From the NCBI GenBank assembly GCA_963666565.1, contig OY762911.1, positions 2,400,001 through 2,464,000 on the forward strand: a DNA stretch of 64,000 nucleotides, in the 5' to 3' direction. Below the pieces are notes generated by a model, which was given only the letters and a program-made list of their open reading frames with translations, searched no databases and was not told where the DNA came from. This document shows, piece by piece, positions 48,485 to 59,138 of this stretch (position 1 is the stretch's first letter; the number at the start of each line of letters is the position of its first letter). A program made the translations under genes and the position numbers. The stretch comes from Thermoanaerobaculia bacterium. GTDB taxonomy: Bacteria; Acidobacteriota; Thermoanaerobaculia; Multivoradales; Multivoraceae.

Positions 48485-49972
48485 ATGGTGCAATCCGAAG
48501 AATCGGGGAAGGGCGGAGAAGATCTGCCGGCTGTCCAGGAGGGCGCGCGCCCCGGCCACTCCGACCTCGGGATGTCGCACGAAGACATGTTGGCCTTGGC
48601 CGGGAAGGCCGCGGAGCTCGCGGTGGCGCGAATCGAGAATCTGCCCCGCGAGAACGCCTGGGACGGAGAGTTCAAGGAGGGTCTCGAGCGAATGCTGCTT
48701 GAGGATCCGCCGGAGGACGGCCGCCCCGCCGAGGAGGTTCTGCGGCGGGCCGTAGGGGACATCCTGCCGATGACGACCCGGCTGGACCACCCCCGTTGCT
48801 TCGGGTTCGTTCCGTCGGAACCGACGTGGCCCGGCGTCGTCGCCGACTTCCTGGCCTCCGCATGGAACGTGAACGCCTGCACCTGGCTGGTCGCCAGCGG
48901 TCCGAGCCAGGTCGAACTCGTCGTCCTGGACTGGTTTCGCCGCTGGATCGGCTATCCGGACGGCGCCGGCGGGTTGCTGACGAGCGGCGGTTCCGCCGCC
49001 AGCGTCGATGCATTCGTGGCGGCCAGGGAGGCGGCCGGCAATCCCGAGCGCCCGACGGTGTACATGAGCGACCAGAGCCACAGCGCGCAGGCGCGAGCCG
49101 CGCTGATCGTCGGCGTCGGGCGGGACGCCGTGCGCGAGGTCCCGACGGACGGCGCCTTCCGCCTGGACATGGAGGCTCTCGCGCACGCCGTCGCGGAGGA
49201 CCGCGCCAGGGGTCTCAGGCCCATGGCGGTCTGCGCCAACGCCGGGGCGTCGAGCACGGGGGCGATCGATCCGCTCCGGGCGATGGCGGACTTCTGCCGG
49301 GAGGAGGACATCTGGTTCCACGTGGACGCCGCCTACGGCGGCTTCGCGGCGATCACGGAGAAGGGCCGCGAGCTCCTCGGCGGAGTCGAGCGAGCCGACT
49401 CGGTCGGGCTGGACCCGCACAAGTGGCTGTTTCAGCCGTACGACGTGGGCTGCCTGCTGGTGAAGGACGCTCGCACGCTCGAGAGCGCCTTCTCCATGCG
49501 CGCGCCGGTGCTCCAGGACACGGTTTGGGGAGCGAACCATCCGAACCTCGACGACCGCGGCCTTCAACTGAGCCGGTCGTTCCGCGCCCTGAAGATCTGG
49601 ATGTCGATTCAGACCTTCGGCATGTCCGCGTTCCGGCGGGCCGTCTCGAAGGGGATGGAACTCGCGAAGCGGGCCGAGGAGTACGTTCGCGAGAGCCGGA
49701 CCCTGGAACTGACGGCGGCGGCGTCGCTCGGCATCGTCTGCATGAGGGTCAACCCCGAAGGCGCCGGTCCGGACGACGGCAGGCTGGACGACGCCAATCG
49801 GGAGGTTCTCGCCCGCCTGTTCTGGGAGGACCGCGCGTTCGTTTCCTCGACCTCGCTCCATGGGGTCTTCTCGCTGCGGCTCTGCATTATCAACCACTCG
49901 ACTAGCTGGGACGACGTCCGGGAGACCCTGGAGGCGATGGAGCGGTTCGGCGCCGAGGCGCTCGCCGGCTGA
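48485..49972 (+). CDS. PLP-dependent group II decarboxylase
   Basis: HVDAAYGG, DPHKWL, LSRSFRALK; start may instead be 48572. Confidence 0.9.
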   Translation: MVQSEESGKGGEDLPAVQEGARPGHSDLGMSHEDMLALAGKAAELAVARIENLPRENAWDGEFKEGLERMLLEDPPEDGRPAEEVLRRAVGDILPMTTRLDHPRCFGFVPSEPTWPGVVADFLASAWNVNACTWLVASGPSQVELVVLDWFRRWIGYPDGAGGLLTSGGSAASVDAFVAAREAAGNPERPTVYMSDQSHSAQARAALIVGVGRDAVREVPTDGAFRLDMEALAHAVAEDRARGLRPMAVCANAGASSTGAIDPLRAMADFCREEDIWFHVDAAYGGFAAITEKGRELLGGVERADSVGLDPHKWLFQPYDVGCLLVKDARTLESAFSMRAPVLQDTVWGANHPNLDDRGLQLSRSFRALKIWMSIQTFGMSAFRRAVSKGMELAKRAEEYVRESRTLELTAAASLGIVCMRVNPEGAGPDDGRLDDANREVLARLFWEDRAFVSSTSLHGVFSLRLCIINHSTSWDDVRETLEAMERFGAEALAG

Positions 49973-49982
49973 CGGCCCCGGC

Positions 49983-52523
49983 TTACGGGTAGTACCCCGA
50001 CATCGTCCGCACCTCGGCGTCGCGGGCGTCGACTTCCACCCGCACCACCCGGAACTCGCTCTCGGGCTTGCCGCTGGTCGACTGGTAGGTCAGCAGGTAG
50101 CGGTTCCGCAGTTCCCGTTCGATCAGGGCGTAGATCGAGTCGAGTTCGCCGACCGTGTCGATGAAGAAGGCCTGGCCGCCCGTCTCCTCCGCGATGCGCT
50201 CGAGCACGCGCCGCGTGGTCCTGTCCGCGGCGGCCTGCCGGAGGCCGATGGCGTAGATCGTCACGCCCGAACGCTGCGCGTTCTCCAGCGCGCTCTCGAA
50301 GGTGAACGAGCTGTTCTCGTCCTTGCCGTCGGACAGGAGGAGCAGGGCCTTCTGGCCGCTGATGCCGTCGAAGTAGCTGAGCGCGTAGACGAGGCTGTCG
50401 TAGAGCGACGTCGTGCCGGTCGCGCGGAGGCTCGAGAGCGCCCGCGCGAGCTGGCCCCGGTCCTTGGTGAACCGGCTCTCGACCTCGACGCGGTTGGCGA
50501 AGGAGAGAACGGCCATTCGGTCCCTGGGCTGGAGCGTGTCGTCCACGAAGCGCTGGGCCGCGGCCCGGACCTGGCCGATCGAGTCCTGCATGGAAGCCGA
50601 GGTGTCGATCAGGAGGCCGGCGTGGAAGGGCGTGTCGTCGACCCACTCGAAGCGGCGCACCGCCTGGGGAACGCCGTCCTCGGTCACCGCGAAGCGGTCC
50701 TGCTCCAGCCCGGGGACCGGCCGCCCGCGCGCGTCGACGACGCTGGCGAAGAGCTCGACGTACTGCACCTCGATCCGCTCGATCGGGTTCGGGCTGTTGA
50801 TGAAGACGACGTCCTCCGTGCTGCTGCCGTCGGCGAGGAAGGCGGCGGCGCGCAGGTAGGTCAGGTCCGGGCCGTCGAGCACGACCGGCTGCACCCAGGG
50901 CGGCTGGTAGAGCGTCGCGATCCGTTCCTCGCCGAGGAACAGTTCGAGGCGCTCGATCTCCTCGCCGTCCGGCGCCGCGATCTCGACGACCGCCCGCGCG
51001 CTCTGCAGGTACTGCTCGCCGGACCGCGGTTCGATGAACCGGGCGCGGAAGCGCTGGCCGCCGCGGTTGACCGACATCTCGTCCGAGGCGACGACCTTGC
51101 CGTCCTTGATGCCCTCCACGCGGATCCGGTGCTCGGTCGGGTGCGAACCCAGGTTCAGCTCCACGCCGAACGGCGGCCGGCGCTTGCGCAGGATCTCGCG
51201 GCCGTCGAGGGAGAAGGCGACGGCGTCGAAGTCGCCGATCGCGTGGGTGGAGAAGCGGACCATGCCGACCCGCAGGCGCTCGTCCCGCGGCGGCACCAGG
51301 CGCAGCAGCCGTTCGCCGCGGGCCGCCGCCCGGTTGGCCTCGGCCAGCGCGGGGAAGGTCTCCAGGATGGTCTTCCGCAGCGATTGCGCCTCCTCGAGGT
51401 TCGGCACGTCGAGCGTCTCGCTGGCGACCGCGAACTGCTGGCCGAAGACGTCCTCGATCTTGAGCCGGATCTGGACCTCGCCGGGCCGCAGGTAGCGGGT
51501 GAAGACGAGCGGGACGGCGTTCTCCGGGTTGCCGCTCGCGGGCAGCTCGAAGCGGTAGCGGAAGGTCTCGAACAGGCGGTCGCCGCGGATGACCTCGCCG
51601 ATCATCTGGAAGCTGTGGTACTCGCGTTCCTGGAAGGTCCGGCGGCCCGCGCCCGGCCCGGGCACCATGACCAGCCCGTGCGTGACGGTGCGCATCTGGT
51701 TGCGGCCGGGGAAGTCCCACTGGAGGTCCACGTCGAAGCGGGGCGCGCCCTCCGGGACGTCGGTGTTGAAGGCGGCGAAGGTCGCGAGCCATTCGGCGGG
51801 CGGCTCGGGCGGAGCGGACACCGTCTCGATGACGCCGCTGCCGGCGAGTTCCCGCTGGATCGCCTGGGCGGCCCATCCGAACCACTCGTCGGCGCAGAGC
51901 ACGGCGATGTTCGTGGTGGGCAGGCCGCGGCGCGAGATCGGACGGCGGACGGCGCTCTCGTGCCAGAACGCGTAAGGCTTGCCGCGGACCGTGGCCAGGA
52001 AGATGACGACGAAGTGGCGCGGCGTGCGGTCGCTGCCGCCGTAGAACCAGATCTCCAGTTCGCTCGTCCGCGACAGGCAGTAGGCGGCGGTCCGTCCGTC
52101 CGGGAGGACGAAGCGGCCCGGCGGGCCGTTCAGCAGGTAGAACAGGGCGCGCGCGTCGTCGAGCGTGCCCCACTGGGTGAGTGCCGCGTCGACTCGATCC
52201 TCCCACAGGACCTGGAGTTCGTTGAGCGGCGTCCTGGGATCGGGGTCGCGGGCCTTCCAGAAGGCCTGGATGAAGGCGTCGCGGCGGTAGTCCTCGGGCA
52301 GGTTGACGAAGAACTCGCGCTCCTCGTCGCTGATCAGCGGGCCGACCCGTTCCAGCCAGCGGACGAAGCGGGCGTCCAGGGGCCGCGGCGGCGCGGCTTC
52401 GCCCGCGGCCGCCGGCCGGCCCTGCTCGTCGGGCCGCTTCTCTTCGGCATCCGAAGGCCCGCCGGCTGCAGACAGCAGCAGGGGCGCGGCAAGCGCGGCG
52501 GCGATCCTGAGACGAGGGCGCAT
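49983..52523 (-). CDS. GWxTD-domain / VWA-domain protein
   Basis: FIQAFWKARDPDP...NE, EIWFY; MIDAS DTSASM, TSLYD, LSDG. Confidence 0.85.
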   Translation of the reverse strand: MRPRLRIAAALAAPLLLSAAGGPSDAEEKRPDEQGRPAAAGEAAPPRPLDARFVRWLERVGPLISDEEREFFVNLPEDYRRDAFIQAFWKARDPDPRTPLNELQVLWEDRVDAALTQWGTLDDARALFYLLNGPPGRFVLPDGRTAAYCLSRTSELEIWFYGGSDRTPRHFVVIFLATVRGKPYAFWHESAVRRPISRRGLPTTNIAVLCADEWFGWAAQAIQRELAGSGVIETVSAPPEPPAEWLATFAAFNTDVPEGAPRFDVDLQWDFPGRNQMRTVTHGLVMVPGPGAGRRTFQEREYHSFQMIGEVIRGDRLFETFRYRFELPASGNPENAVPLVFTRYLRPGEVQIRLKIEDVFGQQFAVASETLDVPNLEEAQSLRKTILETFPALAEANRAAARGERLLRLVPPRDERLRVGMVRFSTHAIGDFDAVAFSLDGREILRKRRPPFGVELNLGSHPTEHRIRVEGIKDGKVVASDEMSVNRGGQRFRARFIEPRSGEQYLQSARAVVEIAAPDGEEIERLELFLGEERIATLYQPPWVQPVVLDGPDLTYLRAAAFLADGSSTEDVVFINSPNPIERIEVQYVELFASVVDARGRPVPGLEQDRFAVTEDGVPQAVRRFEWVDDTPFHAGLLIDTSASMQDSIGQVRAAAQRFVDDTLQPRDRMAVLSFANRVEVESRFTKDRGQLARALSSLRATGTTSLYDSLVYALSYFDGISGQKALLLLSDGKDENSSFTFESALENAQRSGVTIYAIGLRQAAADRTTRRVLERIAEETGGQAFFIDTVGELDSIYALIERELRNRYLLTYQSTSGKPESEFRVVRVEVDARDAEVRTMSGYYP

Positions 52524-52567
52524 CGGCGGTTCGTCTCCGATTCTGCACCGAATCGGCGCCGAACGCC

Positions 52568-52768
52568 GGGTGCGCGGGTCTGCCGACCCGCATGGGTGCG
52601 CGGGTCTTCCGACCCGCATGGGTGCGCGGGTCTTCCGACCCGCATGGGTGCGCGGGTCTTCCGACCCGCTGCCGCCGCAGGCGGCCAGGTATTCGCGCCG
52701 CGAAGCGGCTCCGCCGGGCGACCTCCAGCGCGGTTTCGCCGGAAGCGGGTCAGAAGACCCGCGCACCC
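52568..52768. repeat. REP-like cluster: four tandem copies and one inverted copy
   Basis: Copies start at 52568, 52594, 52620, 52646; inverted copy at 52745-52768. Confidence 0.92.
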
Positions 52769-52781
52769 AGGTCGGCGACGT

Positions 52782-53525
52782 CTAGTGCCCCGAACCTCCC
52801 CGCTTGCGCGCCTGTCGCGCGAGGGAAACCAGCGCCATCAGCCCGAGGACTCCCGCCACGAGGCCGAGATCCTGCGTCAGCCACGCTCTCGGGCCCAGTC
52901 CGCCGACGACGACCTGGTCGACCATCCGCAGGAACAGAAACGTCGAGGCGATGAGCAGCGGCGAGTTGTACTCCCGGAGAAAGACGGTCCGCCAACTGAA
53001 GCTGGTCTCCGGCGGCGCCCACGGGCCGGGCCGGGGCCAGAACGCCGGCGTCCGCTCCGCCCAGCGGCGATGGACGGCGCCGAAGCGCTCGCCGAGGAAC
53101 CGCTCCTCCGCCGCGATCACCCGCCGATAGAGCAGCCAATAGACGAGCGCCGCCGCCGGCACGAACCACCAGGACTTCAGCGCGAGCGCGAAGCCCATCA
53201 GCACGAAGAGGTTGCCGAGATAGACCGGGTGCCGGCAGAGCGAGTACATGCCGGTGACGTTCAGGCGGCTGGCGCTCGGCGCCCTGCGGCTCCGGGTGGA
53301 AGCGCCAGGAGGCGCCGAGCCCAGCGCCGCCCACCGCACCGCGAGTCCGAGCAGGGACACGGCGAGGCATAGCGCGAGCCAGCCGAGTCCCGGGTCCGCC
53401 GCCGGCGCCGCCGACCGGCGCTCGAGCACCGCCAGCGCCGCGGCGGGCAGCAGGAACACGACGAACAGGCTGCGGTGCCGGAAGAGGAAGAGGCCCTGGT
53501 CGGCGAGCCGCCGGCTGTCGTTCAT
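52782..53525 (-). CDS. ICMT-family methyltransferase (LmtA-like lipid A phosphate methyltransferase)
   Basis: LFRHRS, LNVTGMYSLCRHPVYLGN, EERFL, TPAFWP, FSWRTVFLREY. Confidence 0.75.
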   Translation of the reverse strand: MNDSRRLADQGLFLFRHRSLFVVFLLPAAALAVLERRSAAPAADPGLGWLALCLAVSLLGLAVRWAALGSAPPGASTRSRRAPSASRLNVTGMYSLCRHPVYLGNLFVLMGFALALKSWWFVPAAALVYWLLYRRVIAAEERFLGERFGAVHRRWAERTPAFWPRPGPWAPPETSFSWRTVFLREYNSPLLIASTFLFLRMVDQVVVGGLGPRAWLTQDLGLVAGVLGLMALVSLARQARKRGGSGH

Positions 53526-55336
53526 CGCTCGGTCCTGGAGGAGGCGGCGACGCGGGCGGCCGCTTCCGGAGTCGTCAGCAGGACGTGCCCCTGCTCGGGA
53601 TCGCGGTCGCGCGCGACCTCGACCAGGTCGAGCGGAGGCGAAAGACGCTCCAGGTTGTCCCGTTCGATGAGAAGCCAGACGGGCCGGTCCGCGCGGGCGG
53701 CGAATCGCCGCAGGGCCTTCTCGTCGCCCTGGTCGTGCTCCTGCGTGCCGCCGTGAAGGTCCACCGCGAACCGGCGGGTGTAGAAGAGGAAGGCCGCGTC
53801 GGGAACGGGATAGATCGCGTACGGCTCGCCGGGCTCGGCCCACCGCACCAGGTCGCTTGAGAGGGCGCGGGCCGACTTGAAGGCGTCGCCCAGCGGCAGC
53901 AGGCGCACGGCGGTCGCCGACATGGTGAGTCCGAGGCCGGTCGCCAGGCTGGCGACCAGCAGGTCGGGCCGCCGCCGGGCAGCCAGGTACAGGCCGATCA
54001 GGCCCGCGGCGAGGGGGATGGCGGCGACGGCCTGCAGCGAGGCGACGGCGCCTTCCGGCAGCGAACCGGCGGGAAGGTCCCGCGCCGCGACCGGCGCCGC
54101 GGCGACGATGGCGCCGAAGAGAAGCGGCACGGCGGCGGCCGAGACGAGGAACGCGGCCCGGTAGCGCGGCCACCCGTCGCGGATCGCCAGAACGCCGCGG
54201 GCCGTCAGCATCGCGAGCGGCGCGGCGAGCGCCAGCAGGTACACGGTCCGCTTGCCGCCGGACACGCTGAAGAAGACGAAGGTGCTGGCGATCCAGATCA
54301 GCAGGAAGCGGACCGCCCGCGCCTCTCGGCTCGCCGGCTCGCTGCGCGAACTTCGCCAGGCGGCGTAGACGGCGACCGGGGCGAGCAGGGTCCAGGGCGC
54401 GAAGGTGCCGGGCAGCGTCCGGAAGTAGTAGTGCCAGGGCCGGGGGTGGTACGTCGCCTCGGCGTAGCGCGACACGGTCTGGTCGAGGATCAGCGCGTCG
54501 AAGTAGGACCAGCCGGCGAGCCAGACCGCCGGTCCGAACCACGCCAGGACGATCGCCGTCCAGACCAGCAGGCCCCGCCCCAGCCGGAGGTCGGCGACGC
54601 CGGCCCGGTCCCGCTCGAACGCCAGGTACGCGACGACCGCGAGCAGCGGCACGATCAGCCCGACCGGCCCCTTCGCCAGGGTGGCCAGGCCCAGGCAGGC
54701 GAAGAGCGCGAGATTCCCGAGGTTGCCGGCGTTGCCGCCAGGCGCCCCGGCCGGGCCCGGGTCGTCCGCGGCCCAGCGCCGCCCCCAGGCCCAGAACAGG
54801 ATGGCGAGCAACTCCAGGAACGTCAGGGTCATGTCGATCTGGCCCACTCGCCCGTTCCACATGACCAGGGCCGAGGTCAGGAAGACCGGCGCCGCCAGCC
54901 GGGCGGTCCTCCGGTCGAACAGCCGGCCGGCGAGCGCGAACACGACGAGCACCGAGCCGAGGCCCGCGAGGAACGACGGCAGCCGGGCGGCCACCTCGTC
55001 GACGCCGCCGCGCAGGGTGCCGAACAGGGCGATGTTCCAGAAGTGGAGCGGCGGCTTGTGGTCGTACCGTTCGCCGTTCAGGCGCGGCACCAGGAAGTGC
55101 TCGATCGCCCGCGGCTCGAGCAGCATCTCCCGCGCGACCTCGGCGTAGCGCGGTTCGTCCGGGTTCCAGAGGTCGCGGCTGCCGATGCCGGGCAGCAGCA
55201 CGGCCGTGGCTGCAACGGCGAGGACGAGGCAGGGAAGCAGGCGACCTCGCACGGGCGCATCCTGCCACAGGGAATCGGCGCCGGCCGCGGGCGGCGGCGC
55301 GGGCGGCGATAGGGTAGCGGCTTCCCGTTCATGCAT
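53522..55336 (-). CDS. ArnT/GT39-like glycosyltransferase
   Basis: DEPRYAEVAREM, KPPL, RLPS, LAKGPVG, HPRPWHYY. Confidence 0.88.
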   Translation of the reverse strand: MHEREAATLSPPAPPPAAGADSLWQDAPVRGRLLPCLVLAVAATAVLLPGIGSRDLWNPDEPRYAEVAREMLLEPRAIEHFLVPRLNGERYDHKPPLHFWNIALFGTLRGGVDEVAARLPSFLAGLGSVLVVFALAGRLFDRRTARLAAPVFLTSALVMWNGRVGQIDMTLTFLELLAILFWAWGRRWAADDPGPAGAPGGNAGNLGNLALFACLGLATLAKGPVGLIVPLLAVVAYLAFERDRAGVADLRLGRGLLVWTAIVLAWFGPAVWLAGWSYFDALILDQTVSRYAEATYHPRPWHYYFRTLPGTFAPWTLLAPVAVYAAWRSSRSEPASREARAVRFLLIWIASTFVFFSVSGGKRTVYLLALAAPLAMLTARGVLAIRDGWPRYRAAFLVSAAAVPLLFGAIVAAAPVAARDLPAGSLPEGAVASLQAVAAIPLAAGLIGLYLAARRRPDLLVASLATGLGLTMSATAVRLLPLGDAFKSARALSSDLVRWAEPGEPYAIYPVPDAAFLFYTRRFAVDLHGGTQEHDQGDEKALRRFAARADRPVWLLIERDNLERLSPPLDLVEVARDRDPEQGHVLLTTPEAAARVAASSRTER

Positions 55337-55360
55337 CGCCGAGGCGAGGAGGGGGAGGCT

Positions 55361-55422
55361 GCCGGCCGGAAGGCCGGCGCACCGGCAAGGAGAGTGGATG
55401 CCGGCCCACGGGCCGGCGCACC
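55361..55422 (-). repeat. Second REP-like family (GGTGCGCCGGCC-N-GGCCGGC), two copies
   Basis: Also seen at 26913-26935 and 29128-29150. Confidence 0.7.
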
Positions 55423-55445
55423 GGCAAGGAAAGGGGATTCGAGCG

Positions 55446-56534
55446 ATGGGCCAGCTACCGAAGTCCGTGACGATCACGGACGACACGATGAGGGAGGGTC
55501 TTCAGATCGAGAGCGCGGACATCCCGGTCGAGGACAAGCTGCGGCTGCTCGACGCCCTGGGCGAGACCGGCGCCAGGGTGATCTCGATCGGCTCCTACGC
55601 CCACCCCAAGTGGACGCCGCAGATGGCCTGCATCGACGAGATCGCCGAGCGCTTCGTGCCGAAGCCGGGCGTGCGTTACACCGCCGCGATCTTCAACAAG
55701 ATCGGTTTCGACCGCGCCGACCGCTGGTACCCGAAGCTCGACGTCCGGCAGCGCAGGTTCGGCACCCACGTCGAGCTCTGCGACACCTTCGCCCGCCGCA
55801 ACTACAACGCGACCCAGGCGCAGCAGATCGAGCGCATCCCGGGGGTGATCGAACAGGCCCGCGCCCGCGGGGCCGAGACGGGCGCGGTGGCGATCGGCAA
55901 TCCGTTCGGGTCGAACTTCGAGGGGGCGTTCACGCTCGAGCAGCGGATGGACCTGCTGGCGCTGATGATCGACCGCTGGCATGAGGCCGGCTTCCGGGTC
56001 ACCCGCTGCGCGATCGTCGAGGCGATGGGCTGGAACATGCCGCACACCGTGCGCGAGACGCTCCTCGCCATCCGCGAGCGCTGGCCCGAGATCGTGGACT
56101 TCCACTGCCACCTGCACAACACCCGCGGGGCGGCCATGGTCAGCTACTACGAGGCGCTCAAGCTCGGCGTGCGCGAGTTCGACACGTCCATCGGCGGCAT
56201 GGGGGGTTGCCCGTACTGCGGCAACGGCCGCGCCGCGGGTCACGTGCCGACGGAGGACTTCGTCGACTTCTGCCACGAACTGGGGATCGAGACCGGCTAC
56301 AAGCTCGACAAGCTGATCGAGGCGGCGCACATCGCGGAGGAAGTCGTCGGCCATCCGCTCTGGGGCCACGTCTCCAAGGCCGGGCCGCGGCCGCGGGGCG
56401 ACGGCGAGCTCTACCCGCCCCGGATGCCGTTCGTCGAGACGCTCGACGAGGCTTCCCACTTCCGCAACGGACCTCCGGTCTACGACGGCCAGCGGTCGCC
56501 CTGGCGGTCCGACGCGGCGCTCTACCAGGCATGA
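55446..56534 (+). CDS. HMG-CoA lyase-like DRE-TIM metallolyase
   Basis: MREGLQ, HLHNTRG, GGMGGCPY, TED. Confidence 0.85.
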   Translation: MGQLPKSVTITDDTMREGLQIESADIPVEDKLRLLDALGETGARVISIGSYAHPKWTPQMACIDEIAERFVPKPGVRYTAAIFNKIGFDRADRWYPKLDVRQRRFGTHVELCDTFARRNYNATQAQQIERIPGVIEQARARGAETGAVAIGNPFGSNFEGAFTLEQRMDLLALMIDRWHEAGFRVTRCAIVEAMGWNMPHTVRETLLAIRERWPEIVDFHCHLHNTRGAAMVSYYEALKLGVREFDTSIGGMGGCPYCGNGRAAGHVPTEDFVDFCHELGIETGYKLDKLIEAAHIAEEVVGHPLWGHVSKAGPRPRGDGELYPPRMPFVETLDEASHFRNGPPVYDGQRSPWRSDAALYQA

Positions 56535-58306
56535 CGGCCGCGGCGAAGAGTCCGGGCACGGGCGTCCGCTACGAGCCGGACGGCCGGCCGCCGGCGCTGC
56601 TTGCCGCCACGATGGGCCTGCAGTACGCGACCCTGTGCGTCGCCGGCATCGTGCTGACGCCCGCGATCATCGTCCGCGCCGCCGGCGGCAGCGACGAGTA
56701 CCTCGCCTGGGCCGTGTTCGCGGCCATCTTCGTGAGCGGGATCACCACCATCCTGCAGGCGGTTCGGCTGTGGCGGATCGGCGCCGGCTTCATCCTGCTG
56801 ATGGGCACTTCCGGGGCGTTCATCGCCGTCAGCATCGCCGCCCTCAGCCAGGGCGGCCCCATGCTGCTGGCGAAGCTCGTCATCGTCTCGTCGCTCTTCC
56901 AGTTCCTGCTCTCGACGCGGCTGCTGCTGCTGCGGAGGCTGTTCACGACGACCGTCACCGGCACGGTCATCATGCTGATCTCGGTCACCGTGATGCCGAT
57001 CGTCTTCGATCAACTGACCCAGGTTCCCGAGAACGCGCCCGGCGTCGCGGGTCCGATCACGTTCGTCGTGGCCATCGCGGTCATGGCCGGCTTCGGCCTT
57101 CGGGCCAGGGGGATCGGGCGCCTGTGGGCGCCGGTCGCGGGCGTCGTGGCCGGTTCGATCGTCGCCGCGTTCTTCGGGCTCTACGACTTCGAGCAGGTGG
57201 CCGCGGCCGCCTGGCTCGGCGCTCCCGCCGGCGGTTGGCCGGGCTTCGACCTGACCTTCGGTCCGGCCTTCTGGGCGCTGCTGCCGGGCTTCGTCATCGT
57301 GACCCTGATCGGCGCGGTCGAGACGATCGGCGACGCCGTCGGCATCCAGCGCGTCTCCTGGCGCGCGCCGCGGGCGCCCGACTACCGGGCGGTGCAGGGC
57401 GCCGTCGCCGCCGACGGACTCGGCAACCTGCTCTCGGGCATCGCCGGCACCGTGCCGAACACGACGTACTCGAGCAGCATCTCCGTCACCGAACTCACGG
57501 GCGTGGCCTCGCGCCGGGTCGGGGTGTGGATCGGGATCATCTTCATCGGCCTGGCCTTCCTGCCCAAGGCCCTCGCCCTGATCCTGGCGATTCCCGGCCC
57601 GGTCGCCGGCGCCTACCTTCTGGTGCTGATCGCCATCCTGTTCGTGCTCGGCGCCCGCATCGCCGGCCACGGCGGGATCGACTACCGGAAGGCGCTCGTG
57701 ATCGGCGTCTCCTTCTGGATCGGCGTGGGCTTCGAGAACGACCTGATCTTCAGCGACCGGATGGGCGATTGGGCGGCCTCCGTCCTTGGCAACGGAATGA
57801 CCGCGGGCGGCCTGACCGCGATCGTGCTGACCGCGTTCCTCGAATCGACCGGGGCGCGCCGCCGCCGGCTGCAAGTCGAGGTCAGCGCGGCATCGGCCGC
57901 CCGGATCGGCGGGTTCCTGCGGAGTCTGGCCGAGAAGGCGCGCTGGGCGCCCGAGGCCTGCGACCGGATCTGGTCGGCGGGCGAGGAGGCGGTGCTCAGC
58001 CTGGTCGGCCTGGACGAGGAGGAGGGCGGCAGGAAGCGCGGCCTGCTGGTGACCGCGAGGGTCGATCGCCAGACGGCGGAACTCGAGTTCGTCGCGGCGC
58101 CGGGCGGGCGCAACATCGAGGACCGGCTGGTCGTCATGGCGCCCGACGCTCCCGGCCCGGTCGAGCACGAGCTGTCGCTGCGGCTGCTGCGGCACGTGTC
58201 GAGTTCGGTGCAGCACCAGCAGTACCACGACACGGACGTGCTCACGGTCACCGTCAACAGCGACGGCCAGGAATCGGCCGGTCACGTGGACTCGGCGGGA
58301 ATCTGA
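56531..58306 (+). CDS. NCS2 (xanthine/uracil) permease with C-terminal soluble domain
   Basis: ETIGD, ADGLG, PNTTYS, LTGVASR; extra C-terminal domain of about 150 aa. Confidence 0.82.
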   Translation: MTAAAKSPGTGVRYEPDGRPPALLAATMGLQYATLCVAGIVLTPAIIVRAAGGSDEYLAWAVFAAIFVSGITTILQAVRLWRIGAGFILLMGTSGAFIAVSIAALSQGGPMLLAKLVIVSSLFQFLLSTRLLLLRRLFTTTVTGTVIMLISVTVMPIVFDQLTQVPENAPGVAGPITFVVAIAVMAGFGLRARGIGRLWAPVAGVVAGSIVAAFFGLYDFEQVAAAAWLGAPAGGWPGFDLTFGPAFWALLPGFVIVTLIGAVETIGDAVGIQRVSWRAPRAPDYRAVQGAVAADGLGNLLSGIAGTVPNTTYSSSISVTELTGVASRRVGVWIGIIFIGLAFLPKALALILAIPGPVAGAYLLVLIAILFVLGARIAGHGGIDYRKALVIGVSFWIGVGFENDLIFSDRMGDWAASVLGNGMTAGGLTAIVLTAFLESTGARRRRLQVEVSAASAARIGGFLRSLAEKARWAPEACDRIWSAGEEAVLSLVGLDEEEGGRKRGLLVTARVDRQTAELEFVAAPGGRNIEDRLVVMAPDAPGPVEHELSLRLLRHVSSSVQHQQYHDTDVLTVTVNSDGQESAGHVDSAGI

Positions 58307-58432
58307 GCGCCGGATGCCGGCGGGGCGCCGGCGCACCCGGTTTCCGCCGCGCCGGTTGCCTCGCTCGCTCTTCCTGTAGGATCCGCTCCCGATGCCGTTC
58401 CTCCCTGAACGACCTGCGAGTGCCGACCGCGC

Positions 58433-59110
58433 GTGAGCGAGAGTCCCCACCTGACCTTCGTGGAGGAGATTCTCCTTCTCCTCCTGGACGACGAGACCGG
58501 CACGATGAAGCGGGTCGCGCCGAACGTGATGGAGTTGCTGGTCGCCGGCGCGGTCCTGATGGACCTCGCGTTGCGCGGACGGCTGGACTGCGATCTCCAG
58601 CGCCTCGTGGTCGTCGATTCGACGCCGGTGGGCGAGGAGATACTGGACGGACCGCTGGCGGAGATCGTGGAGGCCGGCGACGAAGCCGACGCGCGCACCT
58701 GGGTGGTGCGGCTCTCGGCCCGCAGCAAGGAACTCCAGGAAGCCGCCCTGGCGCGGTTGGTCGAACGCGGGATTCTCCGGGTCCAGGACCGGAGCTTCCT
58801 CTGGGTGTTCGGCAGCCGCCGCTACCCCGCGGTCTCCGACCGGGAGGAACGCGAGGTCAAGCTGCGGATCCTCGACGTGCTGCTGAGCGACCGGATTCCG
58901 GCGCCCAGGGACGTGGCGCTGATCTGCCTGGCCGACGCGTCGAACGCCTTCCAGGTCATCCTGAGCGCCCAGGAGCTGCGGCACGCCGCGGCCCGGATCG
59001 AGCTGGTGCGCGGCTTCGACCTGATCGGCCAGGCGATGGGCCGGGCGATCCAGAAATCCGTTCAGGACATTGCCGCCGCGACCGCGACGGCCCATCATCC
59101 GTTCTACTGA
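58433..59110 (+). CDS. GPP34 / GOLPH3-like protein
   Basis: LTFVEEILLLLLDDETG, AGAVLMDLALRGR, LVERGIL, RRYP. Confidence 0.85.
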   Translation: MSESPHLTFVEEILLLLLDDETGTMKRVAPNVMELLVAGAVLMDLALRGRLDCDLQRLVVVDSTPVGEEILDGPLAEIVEAGDEADARTWVVRLSARSKELQEAALARLVERGILRVQDRSFLWVFGSRRYPAVSDREEREVKLRILDVLLSDRIPAPRDVALICLADASNAFQVILSAQELRHAAARIELVRGFDLIGQAMGRAIQKSVQDIAAATATAHHPFY

Positions 59111-59138
59111 GTCCAACCGGACGCGAAGAGGTGTATAC

